Positions 27,661 through 35,751 of a stretch of 64,000 nucleotides of DNA are shown here, piece after piece. Position 1 is the stretch's first letter. The number at the start of each line of letters is the position of its first letter. This stretch comes from Candidatus Kryptoniota bacterium (GTDB taxonomy: Bacteria; Bacteroidota; Ignavibacteria; Kryptoniales; JAKASW01), in the NCBI GenBank assembly GCA_024641705.1, contig JAHECO010000001.1, positions 195,897 through 259,896 on the forward strand, given 5' to 3'. Under the pieces are notes generated by a model that was not told the origin of the DNA, made no database searches, and worked only from the letters and a program-made list of their open reading frames with translations. The translations under genes and the position numbers were made by a program.

Positions 27661-29051
27661 TCACGGAGGCTATCCATGGAGGAGCGATCGGCTTCTCGAA
27701 GTCCCTCGTCGCTGCCGTTGTTTTGCAGGGCGGCGACAGCCTTCGTACTGCCGCAGATTCTACGGTAGGCGCTATCAGCAGGGGAGTCGACACGTTTCTC
27801 AGTGAACCCTCCAAGTTGAACTACTTCCTCGTGCATGGAGGTCTGTTCCTTCTCCTCACCGTCCTGCTCGTGGTTGCCGTCAAACTCTCGAACCGTGTCT
27901 TCGTCAGGCTGTACAGCCTCATCCGCAGCAGCCGGGGAAAGGTCATCCGCCCGATAAGGCTGAAGAATCTCGAGCTCATATCTGTAGACCAGCTGACGTC
28001 GATCGCCTTCAAGTCGGTCAGAGTCCTCAGGTGGGCAGTCGTCATCTTTATCTTCTACCTGTTTGTTACGCTCGCTTTCAGCCTCTTCGTCTGGACCGAG
28101 CTGGTGGCGCAGAAGCTCCTCGAGTATCTGCTCAGTCCGCTGGTAGGGATCGGAAAGGGGATAATATTCTATCTCCCGAACGTCTTCTACATAATAGTCG
28201 TGGCGATCGTTGCACGATATGCCCTCAAGCTGATGAAGCTCGTGTTCTCGAAGGTGGCGGACAAGAGTATAGTGATTCCAGGTTTCCCCGAAGAATGGGC
28301 CAAGCCGACTTATCAGATCGCGGCCTTCCTCCTGGTTGTTCTCGTGGCGGTGATCATTTTTCCCTATCTGCCCGGATCACAGAGTGCTGCGGCCAGAGGG
28401 ATCTCCATATTCCTGGCGCTCCTCCTTTCGCTGGGTTCCTCGTCCGCCGTCTCGAACATTGTGGCCGGCGTCGTCATCACGTACATGCGCTCGTTCAGGC
28501 TCGGCGACAGGGTGAAGATCAACGAGATCACCGGAGACATAATCGAGCATAATTTTCTTATAACCAGAGTGAGGACCACGAAGAACGAGGAAATAACGAT
28601 CCCGAACTCGGTCGTTCTCAGCGGGCACGTCACCAACTACTCGGCGGTTGTCCGGGACGGAAAGCCGCTGATCCTTTACACGAGCGTCACGATCAGCTAC
28701 GATACGCCATGGACGAAGATACATGGACTTCTCATCGGGGCGGCTCTCGCCACGGGAAAGATCCTGCATAACCCGAAGCCGTTCGTGCTTCAGACTGCGC
28801 TCAACGATTTCTATGTTTCATACCAGATAAATGCTTACACGAATTCCCCGGCAGACATGCCCGTCATTTATTCGTCGCTTCACCAGAATATCCAGGACAA
28901 GTTCTTCGAAGCGGGGGTTGAAATTGCGTCGCCGCACTACTATTCACTCCGCGACGGCAACCGCCGTGCGATACCCGACAGCTTCCTCGAAGACGGCTAC
29001 ACGACCCCGGCGTTCAAAGTCAGGATGGAACCCGACTCTCTGAAGAAATGA
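27657..29051 (+). CDS. Mechanosensitive ion channel (MscS family)
   Basis: TM helices followed by the MscS beta-domain block FRLGDRVKI.E.TG.I.E..FL.TRVRT..NEE.TIPNS. ATGA overlap with the antiporter stop. Confidence 0.8.
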   Translation: MITEAIHGGAIGFSKSLVAAVVLQGGDSLRTAADSTVGAISRGVDTFLSEPSKLNYFLVHGGLFLLLTVLLVVAVKLSNRVFVRLYSLIRSSRGKVIRPIRLKNLELISVDQLTSIAFKSVRVLRWAVVIFIFYLFVTLAFSLFVWTELVAQKLLEYLLSPLVGIGKGIIFYLPNVFYIIVVAIVARYALKLMKLVFSKVADKSIVIPGFPEEWAKPTYQIAAFLLVVLVAVIIFPYLPGSQSAAARGISIFLALLLSLGSSSAVSNIVAGVVITYMRSFRLGDRVKINEITGDIIEHNFLITRVRTTKNEEITIPNSVVLSGHVTNYSAVVRDGKPLILYTSVTISYDTPWTKIHGLLIGAALATGKILHNPKPFVLQTALNDFYVSYQINAYTNSPADMPVIYSSLHQNIQDKFFEAGVEIASPHYYSLRDGNRRAIPDSFLEDGYTTPAFKVRMEPDSLKK

Positions 29052-29098
29052 TCCGCCGCAGACTTGAAGGGCAGATAACCGGGATTGCCGCTTAGAAT

Positions 29099-29665
29099 AT
29101 GCCTGATATGCTGACGCCCTCGAAGTGGGTCCAGAGTTATGCCGATTCGCTCTTCGGTTTTGCGATCGCCAGAACTGGCGACCGCGATATCGCGAGAGAT
29201 CTCGTACAGGAAACGTTCCTCTCCGCACTCGAGAACCGCCGCACGTTCAGGGGAGAGAGCTCGGAGAGGACCTGGTTGTTCTCAATCCTGAAGAACAAGA
29301 TCATCGATCACTATCGCAGGAAGGGGAGTGAGAGGACGGTTTCCGTTTCCGGCGACGCCGAAAACGCGGACGAAAGCTATTTCTTCGATGAGGTGGGACA
29401 CTGGAAGTCTACGCTCCTCCCGACCGACTGGGGGAGCGCCCCGGAAGAAGCAAGGTCCAGCGAGTTCCTGGAAACGCTTCAGAAATGTCTTTCCAGGCTC
29501 ACCGCGCAGTGCCGGGGCGTTTTCACTCTGAAGTATATCGACGAGATGGAATCGGACGAAATCTGTAAGGAACTGGCGATCTCGCCGTCTAACTACTGGG
29601 TCATAATTCACAGGGCGAAGCTTCTGTTGAGGAATTGCCTTGAAAAGAACTGGTTGAACGCCTGA
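29099..29665 (+). CDS. ECF-type sigma-70 family factor
   Basis: Region 2 (ARDLVQETFLSA......F.G.S...TWLF.ILKNKI.D.YRR) and region 4 (C.GVFTLKY.DE..SDEIC.EL.IS..N..V..HRA...LR). Confidence 0.85.
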   Translation: MPDMLTPSKWVQSYADSLFGFAIARTGDRDIARDLVQETFLSALENRRTFRGESSERTWLFSILKNKIIDHYRRKGSERTVSVSGDAENADESYFFDEVGHWKSTLLPTDWGSAPEEARSSEFLETLQKCLSRLTAQCRGVFTLKYIDEMESDEICKELAISPSNYWVIIHRAKLLLRNCLEKNWLNA

Positions 29666-29674
29666 GGAAGAGAA

Positions 29675-29944
29675 ATGTCGCAAGGGTCTCACCGTAAGCT
29701 TTTTATAACATGCCAGGAGGCGACCTACCTCATCTCAAAGGACGAGGTATGGGCGACGGGGCTTCTCGACAAGCTGAAGCTTGCCGTCCACCTGATGATA
29801 TGCGAATTCTGCCGGCGCTTCAGCAAGCAGACGAAGATCATCGAGAGACAAGCCCGGCACCTGACTCCTGAAGCCCGCCTTTCTGAGGAGGAGAAAGGGC
29901 TTATGGAAGAGGCGATAAAGACGAAGGAGAATGGGTTGCAGTAA
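29675..29944 (+). CDS. Small TM-less ZAS-type (zf-HC2) anti-sigma factor candidate
   Basis: 89 aa directly after the ECF sigma. C13-x25-H39-x3-C43-x2-C46 matches the ZAS pattern; no hydrophobic segment. Confidence 0.6.
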   Translation: MSQGSHRKLFITCQEATYLISKDEVWATGLLDKLKLAVHLMICEFCRRFSKQTKIIERQARHLTPEARLSEEEKGLMEEAIKTKENGLQ

Positions 29945-29982
29945 CATTTGAGACCGCCTGTTTCACCGGATTTTGGCCTTTC

Positions 29983-30011
29983 TTGATTAAAATCCCCTCC
30001 CTGGTTATATT
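29983..30011 (+). promoter_or_regulatory. Candidate sigma70-type promoter for yceD-rpmF-plsX-fab
   Basis: TTGATT (29983-29988), 17-nt spacer, TATATT (30006-30011). Confidence 0.35.
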
Positions 30012-30165
30012 ACCTTGCTTTTTTTCGTTCGAAAGACGCTGTGCCCGAAGTTCGAACATGCTGCCCTTGGCGGCGGCGCGTGCGGAATTTGTACCGCAGC
30101 GCGGTGTTCTTTGTGATGGTCCGTCTCCTTATCGATCTGACGGCCCTAAAACCAATTGATGACGA

Positions 30166-30666
30166 ATGATTATTAATATTTCGAACCTATCGGAAGGAGT
30201 CCACGAATACCAATTCGAGGAGAACCCTTCCGCCGTTAAGCTGGATGAGCACTTCTCCAAGCCGGTTGTGGTGAAAGCCGAGATCGAGAAACGAAGACGA
30301 CAGCTTTTCCTGACGGCACATGTAAAAACTGCGGGCAGATTTGTGTGCGATCGTTGTCTGGACGATTTCGAGAAGGAAATCGAAATCGATTACCGGATGG
30401 TTTACGTCTACGAGATGGGCGATGCCGGCGAAATCGACAAAGGCGAGATAACGGTGATCCACACGAGCACGAACGAGATCGACATTGCTGAGGATGTAAG
30501 GCAGTACACGCTCTTGGGTGTTCCCCTGAAGCTGCTCTGTAAAGACGACTGCGCGGGATTATGTGGGAACTGCGGCGCGAACCTGAACCATACAGCCTGC
30601 GACTGCCCGAAGGAAAACGGCGACCCGAGATGGGAAGAGCTGAGAAAGATTTTGAATAAAAATTAG
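30166..30666 (+). CDS. yceD: YceD/DUF177-family protein
   Basis: C.R.L..F....E.......... and the C-terminal Cys cluster C.DDCAGLC..CG.NLN...C.C; canonical position before rpmF. Confidence 0.85.
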   Translation: MIINISNLSEGVHEYQFEENPSAVKLDEHFSKPVVVKAEIEKRRRQLFLTAHVKTAGRFVCDRCLDDFEKEIEIDYRMVYVYEMGDAGEIDKGEITVIHTSTNEIDIAEDVRQYTLLGVPLKLLCKDDCAGLCGNCGANLNHTACDCPKENGDPRWEELRKILNKN

Positions 30667-30681
30667 GATCAAGGAGCAGAT

Positions 30682-30864
30682 ATGCCAAATCCCAAACGAA
30701 GACACTCGAAGACAAGAGGCGCGAAGCGGCGCACCCACTACAAGGCGACCGCCCCGACCGTTTCCGAGTGCCCGCATTGCCACGAACCCAAGCTCCCGCA
30801 CCGGGCCTGTCCAAACTGCGGCTATTACAGCGGAAGAGTAACATTCATCCCCAAAGGCGCCTAG
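30682..30864 (+). CDS. rpmF: 50S ribosomal protein L32
   Basis: [12 protein letters not shown]...RR.H, with the zinc-ribbon C.HC....PHR.CP.CGYY. Confidence 0.95.
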   Translation: MPNPKRRHSKTRGAKRRTHYKATAPTVSECPHCHEPKLPHRACPNCGYYSGRVTFIPKGA

Positions 30865-30909
30865 CCTGACCGAAGGCTTGTCAGCCGTCAGGTATTGGCC
30901 AATTCAAGA

Positions 30910-31920
30910 ATGCGAATAGCACTTGATGCGATGGGCGGTGACGAGGCACCGCTCAGAATCGTCGAAGGCGGTTTGCAGGCTCTAAAGGAGGCGGGCAACC
31001 GGTTCGAACTCGTCCTTGTCGGACGGAAAGAGGAGATCGAGAAAGAGACTTCCCGCCTGTCCGCCACCGGCCTCAACTATTCGATTGTGAACGCGACCGA
31101 AGTGATTCAGATGCACGAAACCCCGAACACCGCGCTGAAGCAGAAACGCGATTCTTCCATCGTCGTGGGGGCCCACCTTCACAAGGAGAGGAAGGTCGAC
31201 GCGTTCGTCAGCGCCGGCAACACGGGCGCCTTCATGGCGGCATCGACGCTTATTCTCGGCCGGGTGAAGGGAGTCGGACGACCGGCGGTGGGGACGCCTC
31301 TCCCGACGGTTACAGGCACCTGTCTGTTGATAGACTCGGGTGCCAATTCCGACAGCCGCCCCCAGCACATTCTCGAATTCGGCGTGATGGGATCCATCTA
31401 TTCCAGGGAAATCATGAACAGGAGTAATCCTACCGTCGGGTTGCTCAACATTGGTGAAGAAAGTTCGAAGGGCAACGAGCTTGCCCAGGCGTCATATCCT
31501 CTTCTCGAGAAAAGCGGGCTGAACTTCATTGGGAACATAGAGGGGCGGGATATCCTGGCAGGAAAGGCTGACGTGGTTCTCTGCGACGGCTTCGTCGGAA
31601 ACATCGTCCTGAAGTTCGCGGAGAGCATACTCCCGACGCTGAGAAAAAGGTTCAAAGACTACGCTTCCGGCAATTTCTTCCGGATGATCCAGGCCGGGAT
31701 GATAGCGAAAACTCTCAGAAAGGTGTTGAAGGGCTTCAGCTACGAGGCACAAGGGGGAGCGCCGCTCCTCGGTGTAAACGGCATATCCATCATAGGCCAC
31801 GGCAGCTCTTCAGTCCTTGCGGTGAAGAATATGGTTTTCCGCGCAGAAGAGATGGTGAACCACAATATCAGCAAGCTCATCGAGAATTCAATCTCAAAAA
31901 TAGAAAGTAAGGCTCATTAG
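30910..31920 (+). CDS. plsX: Phosphate acyltransferase PlsX
   Basis: MRIALDAMGGD.AP; SAGNTGA.MA; GNIEG.D; DGF.GN..LK. Confidence 0.9.
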   Translation: MRIALDAMGGDEAPLRIVEGGLQALKEAGNRFELVLVGRKEEIEKETSRLSATGLNYSIVNATEVIQMHETPNTALKQKRDSSIVVGAHLHKERKVDAFVSAGNTGAFMAASTLILGRVKGVGRPAVGTPLPTVTGTCLLIDSGANSDSRPQHILEFGVMGSIYSREIMNRSNPTVGLLNIGEESSKGNELAQASYPLLEKSGLNFIGNIEGRDILAGKADVVLCDGFVGNIVLKFAESILPTLRKRFKDYASGNFFRMIQAGMIAKTLRKVLKGFSYEAQGGAPLLGVNGISIIGHGSSSVLAVKNMVFRAEEMVNHNISKLIENSISKIESKAH

Positions 31921-32916
31921 ATGCCAAAGCACGCAGTAATAACCGGCGTCGGTCATTATGTTCCGGAAGAAAAGCTCACCAACGCCGATCTCGAGAAGAT
32001 GATGGATACCACAGACGAGTGGATCAGGACAAGAACCGGAATCATCGAGAGAAGGATATTGAGGAACGGCGCAACGAGCGATCTCGCCGCGGGTGCCATC
32101 AACGACCTTCTGGAGAAGAAGAAGATGTCCGCGGAGGAAATAGACCTCATCATCGTAGCGACGGTGACCCCGGATATGTTCTTCCCGGCTACCGCCTGCG
32201 TCATCCAGGAAAAGATCGGCGCGAAAAAGGCATGGGGTTTTGACCTGTCCGCCGCGTGCTCGGGATTCATCTTCGCACTGGTGACGGGAGCCCAGTTCGT
32301 CTCGACCGGCGCTTACAGGAAAGTCATAGTGGTTGGTGCCGACAAGATGTCGTCGATCACCGACTACACGGACCGCGCGAACTGCATACTCTTCGGCGAC
32401 GCCGGCGCTGCCGTCCTCCTAGAACCTACCGAAGACGAAAAATACGGCGTGCTCGACTATATAGTGCATTGCGACGGGGCAGGCGGACCATTCCTCAATA
32501 TGACGGGCGGAGGAAGTCTCAACCCGCCGACCCACGAGACCGTCGACCGGAAGATGCACTACATCTACCAGGACGGCAAGGCGGTGTTCAAGGTCGCGGT
32601 CGTCGGAATGGCGGACGTCTCGTACGAAATCATGAAAAAGAATAATCTCACCGGGAAAGACGTCGATTGGCTCGTCCCGCACCAGGCGAACAAGCGGATC
32701 ATCGATGCAACCGCGAAGCGGATGGAACTCGACAGCTCGAAGGTTATGCTGAACATCGACAGGTACGGCAACACCACTGCCGCCACCATTCCCCTCTGTC
32801 TCTCCGAGTACTTCTCCAACGGGCAATTGAAGAAAGGGCAGAACCTGGTCCTCTCGGCGTTCGGGGCAGGGTATACATGGGGAGCTGTCCTGGTGAAATG
32901 GGCATTCGATAGATAG
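31921..32916 (+). CDS. fabH: 3-oxoacyl-ACP synthase III FabH
   Basis: TSDEWI..RTGI.ER; active-site AACSGF; HQAN.RI; GNTSAA/TAATIP; GAG.TWGA. Confidence 0.95.
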   Translation: MPKHAVITGVGHYVPEEKLTNADLEKMMDTTDEWIRTRTGIIERRILRNGATSDLAAGAINDLLEKKKMSAEEIDLIIVATVTPDMFFPATACVIQEKIGAKKAWGFDLSAACSGFIFALVTGAQFVSTGAYRKVIVVGADKMSSITDYTDRANCILFGDAGAAVLLEPTEDEKYGVLDYIVHCDGAGGPFLNMTGGGSLNPPTHETVDRKMHYIYQDGKAVFKVAVVGMADVSYEIMKKNNLTGKDVDWLVPHQANKRIIDATAKRMELDSSKVMLNIDRYGNTTAATIPLCLSEYFSNGQLKKGQNLVLSAFGAGYTWGAVLVKWAFDR

Positions 32917-32947
32917 AATCGAGGAGTCTAACATCATCGCAAGGGAG

Positions 32948-33103
32948 AAACTCTAAATACTAAATCCGAAATTCCAAACAATGACCAAAATTCAAACGAT
33001 AAAACTCGAAATCCTTTCAGAATTCCGGTATAGACCGAGACGAATGTCTGGCGTTTTGAGCTTTCGGTTTTCGAATTTGTTTAGAGTCTAGGATTTAGAA
33101 TTG
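32948..33103. repeat. AT-rich imperfect inverted-repeat element in the fabH-fabD spacer
   Basis: ACTCTAAA (32950-32957) pairs with TTTAGAGT (33080-33087). AAATCCGAAA (32962-32971) pairs 9/10 with TTTCGAATTT (33069-33078). CTAAATCC (32960-32967) is the exact complement of GGATTTAG (33091-33098). Confidence 0.3.
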
Positions 33104-33123
33104 ATGATTTTTCATAGTCGAAT

Positions 33124-33151
33124 TTGAATGAAGGCGTTGGACAAATAAAGT
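33124..33151 (+). promoter_or_regulatory. Possible internal promoter for fabD-fabG-acpP-fabF
   Basis: TTGAAT, 16-nt spacer, TAAAGT; followed by AGGAGA 9 nt before TTG 33177. Confidence 0.25.
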
Positions 33152-33176
33152 GGCACCTCAGGAGAATGCGAATCTG

Positions 33177-34091
33177 TTGAAGACAGCCTATATTTTTCCC
33201 GGACAAGGTTCCCAGTATGTGGGGATGGGAAAAGACTGGTATGATTCCAACCCGGAAGCGAAGAAGATGTTCGACCGGGCGAACGAAATCCTTGGTTTCG
33301 ACATAACGGGAATTTGTTTCGACGGACCGGAAGACGAACTTCGCCAGACCTCGGTCACTCAGCCGGCCATCTTTCTTCACAGCGCGATAGTGTTTCATCT
33401 GCTCGAAAGCAGACGGTTCGACGCAACTGCGGGACATTCCCTCGGCGAGTATTCGGCACTCTATGCGGCCGGAGCTCTCGATTTCGAGCATGCCCTTATG
33501 CTCGTCGGACTTCGCGGCAGGCTCATGCAGAACGCCGGCAACGTCAGGAAGGGCACGATGGCGGCAGTCGTCGGGCTTGAGAATGATAAGGTCGAGGAAG
33601 CGTGCCGCGAAGCGTCGGTCGGCGGAGTTGCGCAGCCTGCAAACTACAACTCGCCGGGACAGATCGTAATCTCGGGTGACGTCGAGGCGGTGCGCAAGGC
33701 GATGGAGCTCGCGCGCGCAAAAGGCGCGAAGATGGTGAAGGAGCTCGTCGTGAGCGGCGCATTCCATTCTCCGCTGATGGAGGCCGCGAAGGAGGAATTG
33801 AAGAAGGCCATCGATGCGGCCCCGATCGGAGATGCATCGGTGCCTGTGTATGCCAACGTCACTGCAAAGCCGGTGAGATCGGCTGGAGAAATCAGAAACG
33901 CTCTGATCATGCAGCTGACCAGCCCGGTCAGATGGCAGGAATCGGTCATGAACATGTCGGCCGATGGAATTGTGAACTTCGTGGAGATCGGACCAGGGAA
34001 GATACTCCAGGGACTTGTGAAACGAACCATTTCCGGCGGAGCGATTGCCGGGATAGACAAAACAAACGATACGGGTGTATTGACGAAATGA
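33177..34091 (+). CDS. fabD: Malonyl-CoA:ACP transacylase FabD
   Basis: (M)KTAYIFPGQGSQYVGMG, active-site GHSLGEYSAL, and the QP block. TTG 33177 has an AGGAGA RBS; the ORF-track GTG 33150 has none. Confidence 0.9.
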   Translation: MKTAYIFPGQGSQYVGMGKDWYDSNPEAKKMFDRANEILGFDITGICFDGPEDELRQTSVTQPAIFLHSAIVFHLLESRRFDATAGHSLGEYSALYAAGALDFEHALMLVGLRGRLMQNAGNVRKGTMAAVVGLENDKVEEACREASVGGVAQPANYNSPGQIVISGDVEAVRKAMELARAKGAKMVKELVVSGAFHSPLMEAAKEELKKAIDAAPIGDASVPVYANVTAKPVRSAGEIRNALIMQLTSPVRWQESVMNMSADGIVNFVEIGPGKILQGLVKRTISGGAIAGIDKTNDTGVLTK

Positions 34092-34726
34092 ACGAGAAGG
34101 AAATAGAGATAGCCGGAACCAGATTCGAGCTCAAAATTTTCACCGAAGGATTCATGGACAAGAACGGTCCGAATGCCTGCACGTCAATGTGCTGTCGCCA
34201 CGGTGTGTACCTCGACCCCGTGGAGAGAGACCGCATACTCGAGCATGCCGATATCGTAGAGAAGTATCTCGACGAGACACAGACCAGGAGCAGGGACGTG
34301 TGGTTCGACAACACCGAAGAGCAAGACGTCGATTTCCCGTCGGGAGTCTGCGTCGGCACGCAAGTGCATAACGACAAGTGCGTGTTTCTCGACGGCAAAG
34401 GAAGATGCGTTCTACAGGTGGCGGAGAAAGAGGAAGGGATGGGACGCTTCTCATTGAAACCGTTCTACTGTGTGCTCTTTCCAATCGTGAAGTCGGACGG
34501 CGTTATCGGATATGACGATTTTTGCTCGGGAGATTCGCCCTGCTGCACTGCCACCACCGACAGCGGGAGGAAGATGGTCGAGTCGTGTTCTATCGAGCTC
34601 GAGCACGCTCTGGGCGCCGCGAAATACAAAGAAGTGTTGGACTATTACCGGAACAATTTCCCGGAGAGGAAAATAAAGGAAACATCGAAGAATACCCGAA
34701 AGGATTCGGTTGATGCTGGAAGGTAA
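34088..34726 (+). CDS. Cys-rich YkgJ/DUF3109-like putative metal-binding protein inserted in the fab operon
   Basis: 212 aa from ATG 34088 (ATGA overlap with the fabD stop). Cys motifs CTSMCC, NDKCVFLDGKGRCVLQ, KPFYCVLFP and CSGDSPCC resemble the CxxCxxCC/YkgJ superfamily. Confidence 0.6.
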   Translation: MNEKEIEIAGTRFELKIFTEGFMDKNGPNACTSMCCRHGVYLDPVERDRILEHADIVEKYLDETQTRSRDVWFDNTEEQDVDFPSGVCVGTQVHNDKCVFLDGKGRCVLQVAEKEEGMGRFSLKPFYCVLFPIVKSDGVIGYDDFCSGDSPCCTATTDSGRKMVESCSIELEHALGAAKYKEVLDYYRNNFPERKIKETSKNTRKDSVDAGR

Positions 34727-35453
34727 AGTAGTCCTGGTTACGGGCGGAGCCCGGGGAATCGGGAAAGCGATCGTACTCGAGCTCGCGAAAAACGGCGCGG
34801 ACGTCGCTTTTACGTACCGGAGTTCTGCTCAGAATGCCGAGTCGCTTGCGGCCGAGATCAGGGCGGCCGGGAGGAAAGCGCTCGCCATCGAAGCCGATGC
34901 GACCTCGACGAAGTCGGCGGTGGAAGTCGTCGAGAAGGTCGTGGCGGAATTCAAACGGCTCGACATCCTTGTCAACAACGCGGGGATAACCAAAGACAAC
35001 CTTCTCCTCAGGATGAGCGAGGAGGAATGGGATGCGGTTATCCAGACGAACCTCAAGAGTGTTTTCAATTATACGAAGGCGGCCGCGCGCACCATGATGG
35101 GGCAGAGGTACGGGAAGATTATCAACCTGAGCTCCGTCGTGGGGATCAAGGGGAATGCCGGGCAGTCGAATTATGCGGCCTCCAAAGCGGGTATAATAGG
35201 CTTTACCAAATCGATCGCGAAGGAACTGGCCAGTAGAAACATACTTGTCAATGCTGTGGCCCCTGGTTATATTGACACCGACATGACCGCAGCTTTGACA
35301 GATGAACAGCGGAAGGCGGTAATCGATGCGATCCCATTGAAGCGAGTTGCAAAACCCGATGATGTGGCAAGAGTGGTGCTTTTTCTCGCCTCGCCTGATG
35401 CGGATTACATAACGGGTCAGGTTATCTCGGTGGACGGCGGGATGTCAGTTTAA
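34710..35453 (+). CDS. fabG: 3-oxoacyl-ACP reductase FabG
   Basis: TGGARGIGKAI, NNAGIT, and S..G..G..GQ.NYAASKAG SDR motifs. Confidence 0.95.
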   Translation: MMLEGKVVLVTGGARGIGKAIVLELAKNGADVAFTYRSSAQNAESLAAEIRAAGRKALAIEADATSTKSAVEVVEKVVAEFKRLDILVNNAGITKDNLLLRMSEEEWDAVIQTNLKSVFNYTKAAARTMMGQRYGKIINLSSVVGIKGNAGQSNYAASKAGIIGFTKSIAKELASRNILVNAVAPGYIDTDMTAALTDEQRKAVIDAIPLKRVAKPDDVARVVLFLASPDADYITGQVISVDGGMSV

Positions 35454-35477
35454 AAACAAATTAATGGAGGAAATACC

Positions 35478-35717
35478 ATGGCAGTAGATGTCGAAGCAAA
35501 AGTGAAGGAGATTATCGTAAACAAGCTCGGTGCTGAAGAATCACAGATCAAGCCGGAAGCCTCTTTCACGAATGATCTCGGAGCCGATTCCCTCGATACC
35601 GTCGAGCTGGTGATGGAGTTCGAGAAAGCTTTCAACATCCAGATCCCCGATCAGGACGCGGAGAAGATCCGCACCGTCGGAGATGCGATAAACTACCTGA
35701 AGCAAAAGGTCAGCTGA
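35478..35717 (+). CDS. acpP: Acyl carrier protein
   Basis: [17 protein letters not shown] phosphopantetheine-attachment motif. Confidence 0.95.
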   Translation: MAVDVEAKVKEIIVNKLGAEESQIKPEASFTNDLGADSLDTVELVMEFEKAFNIQIPDQDAEKIRTVGDAINYLKQKVS

Positions 35718-35751
35718 TAACGTCAACAAAAGATCCCATAAGGGAAATCAT

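Noticed and set aside
33932-34087. N-terminal extensions offered by the ORF track (33932 for the Cys-rich gene, 46107 for TonB-C, 18524 for fliW, 55437 for glnB, 27603 for MscS, 52461 for the lipoprotein, 60181/61537 for the PorV-like genes)
   Set aside because: The extensions overlap the preceding gene or lack an RBS. Internal starts give canonical N-termini or signal peptides and have RBS or ATGA coupling.
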